A DNA stretch of 64,000 nucleotides from Planctomycetota bacterium (lineage in GTDB: Bacteria; Planctomycetota; MHYJ01; WSZJ01): positions 320,001 through 384,000 of the forward strand of contig JBBTCT010000022.1 in NCBI GenBank assembly GCA_038060895.1, written 5' to 3'. Positions within the stretch are counted from its first letter, which is position 1. Each line of letters starts with the position of its first letter. The notes below the pieces were generated by a model. That model was not told the origin of the DNA. It was given only the letters and a program-made list of their open reading frames with translations, and ran no database searches. Below, piece after piece: positions 49,805-58,784 of this stretch. The position numbers were made by a program, and so were the translations under genes.

Positions 49805-52486
49805 CTATTTCGGCGCGAACTTCTCGACCAGCGCCGCCCAGCGGGGATCCAGGCGAAGCGGAGCCAGCTCCGAGTCGCCGGTCCACGAGCCGTCGCGGCT
49901 GACGCCGGCCTCGAGCCCGTTCTCGAGCGTGCGGAAGGCCTCGTCGGTTTTTCGCTGGCCGGCGAGGGCTCCCGCGAGCCGCAGCGTCGTCATCTGCTGG
50001 AACAGGATTCGACTGGGCATCAGGAGCTTCCCGCCTTCGGGATCGGAGGCGTCGTCGATTCTGCGCAGAACCTCCCGGTAGCCCTTCTCGGCATCAGCCC
50101 ACCGCGCTTCGTCAGAAGCAGCGAAGGCGGCGGCGAGGCTGTCGCGGATGCCAGGGGTCATCGCTGCGAACTTGCGCGTCATATCGACGCCTTGCGCCAT
50201 CTCGACAAGGTTGTTGGTGCGCTCGACGGGAAGCGCCTCGAATTGCTTCCGGGCGGCGCGCCGGTGCGCCGCGAACGCGGCGTCGTCTCCCGCTGCCAGG
50301 TCGAACGCCATCGCGAGGTACCAGCCCGCGCCCATTTCGGGCTCATCCCTCAGGATCCGCTCGAGGTCGTCGCGCGATTCCTTCACCGGGCGCGGCGTCC
50401 CACCGAGCACGAGGTCCTGGTAGTCCAGCGCCGCGCGGACGAGCCTGGCCCGTGTATTCCCGGGCTCGATGACCAGCACGCGCTCGACGTCCTTCAACAT
50501 GCGGCTCCGGTGACGCCCCGTGCCGACGGAGGACAGGAAGACCACCATCAGCCGCTCCAGGATGGTGCGCGGCTCGTCGGGCGCGATCGAGACCGCTTCG
50601 TCCAGGTCCTCCAGCGCTTCTTTTTCGCGACCCAGCCGCAGGCGGATCTGCGCCCGCGCCATCCAGGCTTCGCGGAAATTGGGCTCCTGCTCGACGGCGA
50701 TCGAAGCGTCGCTTTCCGCGCCCGCCAGGTTACGGCGCGTGGCCGCGTCGGGGCGCTCCACGCGATTTCCCAGGCGGTACAGGGCGCGCGCGAGGAAGGC
50801 ATCCGCGAACGTCGGGTCCATCGCGAGCGCTTCGGCCAGGGCGGGAAGCGGGTCGAACCCGGGCTCGAATGCGAGGCGGACCAGGGCTTCGGCGGTCAGC
50901 ATGCGCGGCCGGAGGACGCCGAGATTCCGGAGTTCCGCGATGTCGGCATCGAGGAGCCTGCGCTCCTCTGCGCAGATCATCGCGAGATCCTGTGGCAGCA
51001 CCACGAAGGTTCCTTCGATCGTCCGGTCCTGAACGAACATCATGCGCAGCAGGATGCGGTCGTAACGGGCGTCTCCCAGCGCCGGGTTCAGCTCGAGCGC
51101 GCGGTCGAGGTCGGCCATCGCCTGCGGCAGGCGGTTCAGGTCGCGCAGGACGCGCGCGCGGGCGTGAAGAGCATCCGCGTGGTCCGGGAAGATCGCGAGG
51201 GCCTTGTCGAAGTTCGCGGCGGCGCTTCGCAGGATCCCCTGCCGGAGGGGCCGGTCCTCCTTGCGGCGGATCTTCCGGGCCGCTTCGTAGTCCGCGACCC
51301 CGGCGCTGAAGTCCGGCCGGGCCGCGTTGAGAAGCTCGAGGCGGTCCTGCCGGACCCCGCGTGTTCTCAGTTGCCAGGCCAGGGTCGCGGCGAGCACGAG
51401 GGCCAATGCCCCGGTCGCCGAGAGGGCCGGCCGCCGCCGGGCCCATCGCCAGGATCGCGAGAGCACCCCCTCCCGCCGCGCGGCGACCGGTGCGCCTTCG
51501 AGGAAGCGGTCGAGGTCCTCCGCCATCGCCGTCGCGGACGCGTAACGTTTCGACTTCTGCTTCGCCATCGCGGTCAGGCAGATCGTCTCGAGGTCCCTGG
51601 GTACGTGCGCCACGACGCGCGAGGGGGGCGACGGCTCGCGATCCTCCACGGCGCGCAGCACCGCGGCCATCGTCTCGCCCTCGAACGGCCGCTTCTTCGT
51701 CAGCACCTCGTAGAGCACCGCTCCGAGCGAGTACACGTCGCTCTGCCCGTCCACGGACCGCATTCCCGACACCTGCTCCGGCGGCATGTAGCACGCGGTC
51801 CCCATGACCTGGTCGGTCCGCGTCAGCCCCCCGTCCTCGTCCCCCGTCTTCGCGAGGCCGAAATCGGTCAGCCGAGCCGCCCCCGCGCCGTCCACCAGGA
51901 CGTTCGCGGGCTTGATGTCCCGGTGCACGATTCCCTGCGCGTGCGCGACCGCCAGCGCCCGCGCCACGTCCCGCACCATCCGCGCCGCATCCTGCGGCGC
52001 AACTCCCGGGTCGCGAAGCTGGCGGTCCAGCGCGCGCCCTTCGACGAATTCCATCGCGATGTAGTGCGCGCTCCCCTCGGCCCCGACGTCGTACACGCGG
52101 ACGATCCCGGGATGATCCAGCTTCGCCGCGGCGCGCGCTTCGCGATCAAATCGCGCCAGCGTCTCCCTCGACGCATGCTCGCCCGCGATCATCACCTTCA
52201 GCGCGACAATCCGGTCGAGCGCCGTGTCGCGCGCCCGGTAGACAATCCCCATCCCGCCCGCGCCGGCCGCGGCGAGGATGTCGTAGCGCCCGATCCGCTT
52301 CGGTTGCGCGGGGACCACTCCGGGCGCAGCCGGCGGAGGCATCACCACCGTCGGGTCCGACCCCGAAGCCGCCGGAATCGCGACCGTCAGCGCGGCTTCC
52401 TCCGGCGACTTCCCGCACGCGGGACAGCGGGCAGACTCTTGCTGTCCTTCGAAGCGGTGCCCGCAGCCGGGACAGGTGACGTTCAA
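49805..52486 (-). CDS. Ser/Thr kinase with N-terminal Zn ribbon and C-terminal TPRs
   Basis: CPGC…CPAC; GAGGMG, VALK, HRDIKPAN, DFG and DVYSLG motifs; TPR repeats. Confidence 0.93.
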   Translation of the reverse strand: MNVTCPGCGHRFEGQQESARCPACGKSPEEAALTVAIPAASGSDPTVVMPPPAAPGVVPAQPKRIGRYDILAAAGAGGMGIVYRARDTALDRIVALKVMIAGEHASRETLARFDREARAAAKLDHPGIVRVYDVGAEGSAHYIAMEFVEGRALDRQLRDPGVAPQDAARMVRDVARALAVAHAQGIVHRDIKPANVLVDGAGAARLTDFGLAKTGDEDGGLTRTDQVMGTACYMPPEQVSGMRSVDGQSDVYSLGAVLYEVLTKKRPFEGETMAAVLRAVEDREPSPPSRVVAHVPRDLETICLTAMAKQKSKRYASATAMAEDLDRFLEGAPVAARREGVLSRSWRWARRRPALSATGALALVLAATLAWQLRTRGVRQDRLELLNAARPDFSAGVADYEAARKIRRKEDRPLRQGILRSAAANFDKALAIFPDHADALHARARVLRDLNRLPQAMADLDRALELNPALGDARYDRILLRMMFVQDRTIEGTFVVLPQDLAMICAEERRLLDADIAELRNLGVLRPRMLTAEALVRLAFEPGFDPLPALAEALAMDPTFADAFLARALYRLGNRVERPDAATRRNLAGAESDASIAVEQEPNFREAWMARAQIRLRLGREKEALEDLDEAVSIAPDEPRTILERLMVVFLSSVGTGRHRSRMLKDVERVLVIEPGNTRARLVRAALDYQDLVLGGTPRPVKESRDDLERILRDEPEMGAGWYLAMAFDLAAGDDAAFAAHRRAARKQFEALPVERTNNLVEMAQGVDMTRKFAAMTPGIRDSLAAAFAASDEARWADAEKGYREVLRRIDDASDPEGGKLLMPSRILFQQMTTLRLAGALAGQRKTDEAFRTLENGLEAGVSRDGSWTGDSELAPLRLDPRWAALVEKFAPK

Positions 52487-52573
52487 GGCAACGACGATAG
52501 CGGGGAAGGGACGTCGAAGGAAGGCGCGCGCTTCTGCCTCGATCGCGACCGCTTCTCCGGAGCGGCGGCCAGG

Positions 52574-55500
52574 TCAGGGCTCTCGAAGCGCTCTCTCGGC
52601 ATTTTCGATGTCTTCCGCCGACTCGGACTGCCGGGCGATTCTCAGCGCTTCATGGAAGTCGCCGAGCGCTTCGTCGGCCAGGCCGAGCGTCTTGCGGATG
52701 CGGCCGCGCTCCAGGAGTGCGCGAGATTCGCGCGGTCCCGCGCCGGTCGCCCGGGCCAGCGCGAGGGATTCCTCGATCGCGGCGAGCGCGCGTTGGGGTT
52801 CGCCCCGGCGACACAGGATCCGTGCGAGGTTGGCGAGCGAAGAGGAAAGCCCGCGGCATTCGCTGGTTTCGCGCCGGATCGATATGGATTCCTCGCTGTC
52901 GGCCAATGCGCCGGAAAGATCGCCGAGTTCTCCGCGCGCCCATGCCAGGTTGTTCAGCAGGGCCGCCGTCGCAGGGCGGTCGCCGGATTTGCGGGCGAGC
53001 GCCAGTCCTTCCTCGTACCACCCGAGCGACGGGCCGGTGCGCCCCCGCTGCCCCTCGAGATTCCCCAGGTTCCCCAGGCACGCCGCGACCCCCGCCTGGT
53101 CGCCGATTTCGCGCCGAAGCGCGAGCGCCTGGCGGAAAGGTCCCTCTGCCGCGTCCAGTTCGCCCCGGGCCCGGTGGATGTTCCCGACGTTGTTGAGTCC
53201 GGAGGCGATGCCGGCGCGGTCACCGGTGCGGCGGTCGATCTCCAGGGAAGCGCGATAAGCAGCGAGGGCTTCGTCCGCCCGGCCGAGGGCGCGCAGAGCG
53301 TTCCCCATGTTGTTGAACGCGGCCGCCTCGCACGCCAGGTCGGCTCCGCCCCGCGCTTCGACCAGGGCCTTACGGCATGCGTCCAGGCTTTCCCCGACGG
53401 CGCCGCGGTGCACGTGAACGTTGGAAAGCGCGACGTAGAGCGACGCCGCGAGCCGGCGGCCGGCGCGCGAGGCCGCGAATTCAGGCTCTGCCGCCAGCAT
53501 CTCCTGCCCGCGACCGGTTTCGCGAAGGCTGCCTTCCCAGTCGCCCAACCGCATCAGCGCGCCGGCAAGGGCGATCTGCGCGACGACGCGCCAGCGGCCT
53601 TCCGGCGCTGCCTGCGCCAGCTGCCGCGCCCCGTCCGCCGCCTCACGGTACTGCCCCAGAGCGCCGCGGACACGCGCGGCAATGTTGAGCGCCTGCGCCC
53701 GCTGGTCCGGCGGCAGGGTCGACGGGTCACCGGCGCGCTCCGCCTCGACAAGAGCCTCCGCGGGCCTGGCGAGGGACAGCAGGGCTTCGGCCGTCGCGAG
53801 GACGGAGGCGGGGCGTGGGCCGGCGGCTCGCGTCGCTTCGCGTGCGTGGGCCAGCGCTTCGGCGGGAGCGCCATCCCCGATCGCCTCCACCGAGGCTTCC
53901 TCCCACAGCCCCGCGGCGGCCGTGGCGTCCCCCGAATTTTCGCGATGCCCGGCGGCCAGGACGCGGATCGCGCGGCCGCCGCTTCGCGCCAGCAGGCGGT
54001 CCGCCGCCACGGCGTGGAGGCGCGCGCGGTCCTTTTTCGGGAGAAGCGAGTAAGCTGCGTCCCGGAGGAGCGCGTGGCGGAAGAGGTACTGGGCTTCGCC
54101 CGGGAGGAGGGAGTGCCTCTGGGCGCCGATCATGTCCCGGCGCGAGGCTTCGCGGATTGAGCCAGCGGGGTCCCTCGCGAGAAGTTCGCCGAGCAGCCCC
54201 GGCCAGAAGGCGCGACCGAGCACGCTCGCCGCCTTCATCGCTTCACGCGACTCCGCCGGCATTGCATCCAGCCGTGCCACGAGAAGTCCGCGGAGGCCGG
54301 CCGGGATCTTCCCGGCCGGGCCGGAGAGGTCCAGCGGCACTCCCGCGACGAGGCGTTCGTCCTTGAGAAATCGGGCGAGTTCTTCGACGTAGAAGGGGTT
54401 GCCGCCGGATTGCGCGACGAGGAAATCGCGCAGCGCGGGGGAGAGCGGGGCGCCGAGGGTGTTTGCGGCGAGGCGGAGGGCGGCTTCGGGGACGAGGTCG
54501 GCGAGGTCGAGGCGTTCGAAACCGGCGGGAAGGCGGGCGCCCGGGCGGGCCGTGGCGACGACCATGAAGGGGCTGCCGGAAGCGGCGCGGGGAAGAGATT
54601 CCAGGAGGGCGAGGGCGGCGTCGTCGGCCCACTGGAGATCTTCGAGGCAGAGAAGCGCAGGCCCGCGCGAGGTCGCCCAAACGGCCCAGGCGTGGTGGGT
54701 TTCGTCGATGAGGCGCGCCGGGTCGATCGCGCGCACTCGTGCGTCGGGAACGGCCACGCCGATCGAAAGCGAGATCAGGTGGGCGAAGTTCTCGCGATCG
54801 ACCGGGTCGGGCACGGCGTCCGCCATGGATTCGGCAAGCGCCAGGACGATCGGCCCCGTGGTCTCTGCGCGGGCCATTTCCGCGAAGGGCGCCATCGGCA
54901 ACCGCGCTTCTTCAAGCGCCCTGCCCGTCGCGACGCGGGCGCCGCCCTGCCGGCGAATTGCGACCCGGAAGTCGGCGACGAGCCGCGTCTTGCCGACTCC
55001 CGCTTCACCCACGACCACGACGAACGCGCCCCTGCCCGACTCCCACGCGGCTTGAAGCCGCGCGCGCTCGATGTCCCTTCCCACCAGCGGCGTCTCGCGC
55101 CCCGGGCCGTGCCGGATCGACGTTTCACCCCCCAGGGGGCCCTCGGCTGCAAACGCCCGGACTTGCTCTTCGCGGCCTTTGACCCGCATGGGCTCGAGCG
55201 ACCGGAAGCGAATGACGCGGTGCGTCAATCGCTCGACCGCCGCCTCGACGAGCACTTCCCCCGCCGCGGCGGCTTCCTCGAGTCTCCGCGCGACGTTCAC
55301 GACGTCACCCATCGCCGTGGGAGGCTCGCCGGCGACCTGGCCCCACAGAATCTCTCCGAAGTTCACACCGATGCGAAGCGGCGTCGCGCCGGATTCTTCC
55401 CGCATCGCGAGGGCGGCGCGAACGGCGCGAAGCGCGTCGTCCTCGTGCGCGACGGGCGCGCCAAAAACGGCCATGACCGTCTCGCCGATGAACTTGTCAA

Positions 55501-55651
55501 TCGTCCCGCCGCGGGACTCCACAGCGCCGCGGAGGCGGGTGTAAGCGGCGTCGAGCCAGTCGCGCAACTCGGCAGGCGGGAGTTGCGGGACGTCGCACAG
55601 GCCGGCGAACAGGATTGCCACGGCCCGTCGCTCGCTGGGAACTCTGCTCAC
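52574..55651 (-). CDS. class III cyclase-like domain + STAND/AAA ATPase + TPR protein
   Basis: KFIGE, GDVVNVARRL, LVGRDIE, GEAGVGKT, EDLQWAD, GGNPFY and FRHALLRDAAY motifs; TPRs. Confidence 0.92.
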   Translation of the reverse strand: MSRVPSERRAVAILFAGLCDVPQLPPAELRDWLDAAYTRLRGAVESRGGTIDKFIGETVMAVFGAPVAHEDDALRAVRAALAMREESGATPLRIGVNFGEILWGQVAGEPPTAMGDVVNVARRLEEAAAAGEVLVEAAVERLTHRVIRFRSLEPMRVKGREEQVRAFAAEGPLGGETSIRHGPGRETPLVGRDIERARLQAAWESGRGAFVVVVGEAGVGKTRLVADFRVAIRRQGGARVATGRALEEARLPMAPFAEMARAETTGPIVLALAESMADAVPDPVDRENFAHLISLSIGVAVPDARVRAIDPARLIDETHHAWAVWATSRGPALLCLEDLQWADDAALALLESLPRAASGSPFMVVATARPGARLPAGFERLDLADLVPEAALRLAANTLGAPLSPALRDFLVAQSGGNPFYVEELARFLKDERLVAGVPLDLSGPAGKIPAGLRGLLVARLDAMPAESREAMKAASVLGRAFWPGLLGELLARDPAGSIREASRRDMIGAQRHSLLPGEAQYLFRHALLRDAAYSLLPKKDRARLHAVAADRLLARSGGRAIRVLAAGHRENSGDATAAAGLWEEASVEAIGDGAPAEALAHAREATRAAGPRPASVLATAEALLSLARPAEALVEAERAGDPSTLPPDQRAQALNIAARVRGALGQYREAADGARQLAQAAPEGRWRVVAQIALAGALMRLGDWEGSLRETGRGQEMLAAEPEFAASRAGRRLAASLYVALSNVHVHRGAVGESLDACRKALVEARGGADLACEAAAFNNMGNALRALGRADEALAAYRASLEIDRRTGDRAGIASGLNNVGNIHRARGELDAAEGPFRQALALRREIGDQAGVAACLGNLGNLEGQRGRTGPSLGWYEEGLALARKSGDRPATAALLNNLAWARGELGDLSGALADSEESISIRRETSECRGLSSSLANLARILCRRGEPQRALAAIEESLALARATGAGPRESRALLERGRIRKTLGLADEALGDFHEALRIARQSESAEDIENAERALREP

Positions 55652-55869
55652 CTTTCCTGGCCGACGGCATCGACATAGTCGACCTGCATCGTCGGAGCGG
55701 GAATCGGTGCGCCGTCCGTCCGAGGTCCCTCCAGGTGAAGGCGGATCGCTTCCTTGATCAGGCGCCGTACATCTCTCCGGGTCGTGGCGACGGCAATGCA
55801 GCCCGGCAGGTCAGGGACGTGGGCCCCGAATGTCTTCGGCCCCTTCTCGATTACGACGGCACATTTCAT
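55648..55869 (-). CDS. hicB: HicB-family antitoxin
   Basis: VIEKG…HVPDLPGC…EAIRLHLEG…IPAP. Confidence 0.9.
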   Translation of the reverse strand: MKCAVVIEKGPKTFGAHVPDLPGCIAVATTRRDVRRLIKEAIRLHLEGPRTDGAPIPAPTMQVDYVDAVGQER

Positions 55870-55874
55870 GGGCG

Positions 55875-56063
55875 TTAGCGCTCCATCCCGGCCTGCTTGC
55901 AAATGCTCTTGAGTGTCCCTGCGGGGATCTCGAGTCCCGGCTTTCCCGCGACCATTGCGCCGCCCGGCATCGTGGCGTGCCGGAATTGTCGGTGGCTTCC
56001 GCCGGTTCGGACGAGTCGCCATCCCGCGGATTCTAGCATTCGAATGACCTCGCGGACTTTCAT
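55875..56063 (-). CDS. hicA: HicA-family toxin
   Basis: GWRLVRTGGSHRQFRH…GTLKSI. Confidence 0.9.
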   Translation of the reverse strand: MKVREVIRMLESAGWRLVRTGGSHRQFRHATMPGGAMVAGKPGLEIPAGTLKSICKQAGMER

Positions 56064-56240
56064 GTCCGGCCACGCGACCGCATGGCTTTCACAGGAAGCT
56101 CCCCGCTGGAATCCGGATCGACGCGCTTGCCGGATCCGGCCTGGAATTGTAAAGCGCGAGTCGGGTCCGCCTGTGTTACGAATTCACCCGGAGTAAATCA
56201 AGATGCTCCCCGGAGAATCCTCCGAGTTATCGTCCCGTCT

Positions 56241-56660
56241 GTGGAAGACCTGAAAATCACCGATCGCTGGTTCCTGCCGGCCTCCTCCCTCCGCGTCCAC
56301 TTCAGCCGCGGCGGCGGGCCCGGCGGCCAGAACGTGAACAAGCTGAACACGAAGGCGGAGCTGCGGGTCCGAGTTGCGGAACTCGCGTTCCCGTCGCCGG
56401 ACGTGGAAGCGCGTTTTCGCGAGCGGTTTGCGTCGCGGATCACGGCGGACGGGGAAGTGCTGCTGACGTCGCACACGGGGCGGAGCCAGGCGCAGAACCT
56501 GGAGGATTGCCTGGAGCGGCTTCGGGAATTGTGTCGTGCGGTGTTCGTTGCGCCGAAGATCCGACGGCCGACGCGGCCGACGCGGGGATCGAAGGAGCGG
56601 AGGCTGGAGGCGAAGCGGCACCGGGCGGAGAGGCAGAGGCAGAAGCGGCTCGACGACTAA
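56241..56660 (+). CDS. arfB: alternative ribosome rescue peptidyl-tRNA hydrolase
   Basis: GPGGQNVNK, RSQAQN and basic tail RRPTRPTRGSKERRL. Confidence 0.92.
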   Translation: MEDLKITDRWFLPASSLRVHFSRGGGPGGQNVNKLNTKAELRVRVAELAFPSPDVEARFRERFASRITADGEVLLTSHTGRSQAQNLEDCLERLRELCRAVFVAPKIRRPTRPTRGSKERRLEAKRHRAERQRQKRLDD

Positions 56661-56672
56661 GACAGGAGATTC

Positions 56673-57599
56673 ATGAGAGGAAAAATTCCAGGCGTTATGA
56701 AGGCAATCCTGCCGGCGCTCGCCGTGGTCCTTCTGGCGAGCTGCGGCAAGGATGAGGAGGGCGCGGGCACTTCGGGAGCGCGGACCGGCCCGTCCTCGGC
56801 GGGTGCGCCTGTCCTGCAGGTGCAGACAGGAAGATTCTTCAGATTCGCGGTTCCGTCGGGCTGGCGAGTCCAGGATGAGGGACAGTTCGCGGTAGTGCTG
56901 GTGGCGCCGGACGGCTGTGCCTTCACGGTGATGGCCGGGAATTCCGGTTTGCCGGCCAACTATCCCCCGGGCCAGTTCGCGCAGGAGAAGATCCTTCAGA
57001 TGCAGGTCCAGGACTTGCGGTTAGGTCCGGCTTCGATGGCGCGGCCCATGGCGGGGTGCTCGAGCGCATGGGAGTTTGAGTACTCGTACACGGTGGGTGG
57101 CGCGCCCTGCCGGGGCATGGCCAAGTGCAGCGTCGCATCGACCTACGACATGTGCACGATGGTCGTGACGCTGGCGGCCTCGCAGGAGCCGCAATGGAGC
57201 GGCTATTCGACCTGGCTGCCTGCGGTTGCGGAGCAGGTCGCCGCGATCAACGGAGCGGCATTCGGTGCGCGAGGCGTGATGCAGCAGAACCTTGAGAACT
57301 CGATCAACCTTGGGGAGCAAGCCCGCCGGAACCGCGAGTGGTCCGCGACGACGTGGGGCCAGGTGAACCGGGAGCGGGCCGCATCGCAGGACCGGCAGGC
57401 GACGGAGTTCCGGGAGAACCTCGGCAACGTGCAGACATGGACCAATCCCTTCGATTCGGGGAAGGTCGAACTTCCGGCGACCTTTTCGAACTATTGGATC
57501 AACCGTCAGGGCCGGATCGTCGGTACGAACAACCCGGGCGAGGATCCGAATAACGGCTCCACGGAACAGTGGTTGCGGATGAACCCGATTCGTCGATGA
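56673..57599 (+). CDS. hypothetical lipoprotein
   Basis: AGGAG RBS; LASC lipobox. Confidence 0.75.
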   Translation: MRGKIPGVMKAILPALAVVLLASCGKDEEGAGTSGARTGPSSAGAPVLQVQTGRFFRFAVPSGWRVQDEGQFAVVLVAPDGCAFTVMAGNSGLPANYPPGQFAQEKILQMQVQDLRLGPASMARPMAGCSSAWEFEYSYTVGGAPCRGMAKCSVASTYDMCTMVVTLAASQEPQWSGYSTWLPAVAEQVAAINGAAFGARGVMQQNLENSINLGEQARRNREWSATTWGQVNRERAASQDRQATEFRENLGNVQTWTNPFDSGKVELPATFSNYWINRQGRIVGTNNPGEDPNNGSTEQWLRMNPIRR

Positions 57600-57611
57600 A
57601 GTGAGGGTGGC

Positions 57612-58208
57612 ATGGGAATCAGCCGTGCGAACGGTGCGCTGGCGCTGATCCAGGACGTCATCCGCTCCGAGAAGCTGGTCGTTGTCGGGCTGAAGATGGC
57701 GGAGCTTGGGAACCAGAGCTTGCGCAAGGACGTGCTCGGCGTGCAGGTGCCGGCGAAGGCGTTTTTCGCCGCGATGGGGATCCTTCACACCTCGCTCGAC
57801 ATCAATGGCAAGGACGGGTCGCTGCCGGTCGACCTTCGCCTCCCGATCACGCAACCCGAACTCCTGGAGTGCTTCGACATCGTCACCAACTTCGGGACGA
57901 TCCAGGAGATCGAGCGCCAGCACACCGCCTGGCAGAACGTCCACCGCCTCGCAAAGGTCGGCGGCCTCATGCTGCACCTCGTGCCGCAGGCGGGATCGTG
58001 GAAGGGGAAGTTCCCGCTCGGGTTCGGCGAAGAGTTCTTCCCGGCCCTCGCGCAGTGCTGTTCGTACGACCTGCTGAAATTCGACCGCTGCGAAAGCGAC
58101 CCGGAGTCGAAGCTCTTCGCCGCGGTCCTGCGGAAGAAGTCCCGCGAATTCCCTGCGGAGGCCGAGTTTTTCTCGAAAGTGCGGATCGACGGACTCGCGG
58201 CGCAATGA
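57612..58208 (+). CDS. SAM-dependent methyltransferase-like protein
   Basis: ELGNQ, SLDING, FDIVTNFGT and KVGGLMLH motifs. Confidence 0.7.
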   Translation: MGISRANGALALIQDVIRSEKLVVVGLKMAELGNQSLRKDVLGVQVPAKAFFAAMGILHTSLDINGKDGSLPVDLRLPITQPELLECFDIVTNFGTIQEIERQHTAWQNVHRLAKVGGLMLHLVPQAGSWKGKFPLGFGEEFFPALAQCCSYDLLKFDRCESDPESKLFAAVLRKKSREFPAEAEFFSKVRIDGLAAQ

Positions 58209-58227
58209 CCCGGCGCCCCGCCGGGAT

Positions 58228-58674
58228 CTATTTCTTTTCGACGATCGCTTCGAAGCCGTTCGCGCCGATCACGTTGTACCCGCCGTCCTTGTTCCCGTCA
58301 GAGAACCCGTCGTAAGCATTCCGGGCGAGGTAGATGCGGAGCGTCTTCCCTTCGGAGGGGCAGCCCTTGTGACCGCTGGTCCCGGGGGGCATGGGGCCTT
58401 TGCCGGTCCATTCGCGCGTCCAGTACCGCGCGTAGACGAGGCCTCCCTTGGCCGGGCCTTCGCCCTTCTCGACGTCGTTCACCGAAACCTCCGCGACGTA
58501 GTGCTTCGTCCGCCAGTTTCCTTCTTCCACCGTTCGCGTGTATACGGCCGTGACTTTCCCGACCACGACGTGCGTCGCGAGCTCACGCAGCTGCTCGGGC
58601 GACAGGTCGATCTTCTCGGCCGCCAGGGGAAGCAGGCAGGAAAGCACGAGGGCGGCGGTGAGGGTGCGCTTCAT
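58228..58674 (-). CDS. hypothetical secreted protein
   Basis: GGAG RBS; signal peptide; ATHVVVGKV. Confidence 0.7.
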   Translation of the reverse strand: MKRTLTAALVLSCLLPLAAEKIDLSPEQLRELATHVVVGKVTAVYTRTVEEGNWRTKHYVAEVSVNDVEKGEGPAKGGLVYARYWTREWTGKGPMPPGTSGHKGCPSEGKTLRIYLARNAYDGFSDGNKDGGYNVIGANGFEAIVEKK

Positions 58675-58784
58675 GGCATGACTCCGAAGGGGAAGTTGGT
58701 TCGGTTCGCAGGATCTTCGCGTTCGTCCTTCGACGCATTCCGCGGTCCGCAGTTCCAGGTTTCCGGAGCGACCGCGAAAGGGGG

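Noticed and set aside
50192-54160. 1322-aa plus-strand ORF and other long antisense ORFs (e.g. 279-2180, 17613-19769, 9681-11486)
   Set aside because: Shadow frames of well-supported genes in high-GC DNA, with no motifs
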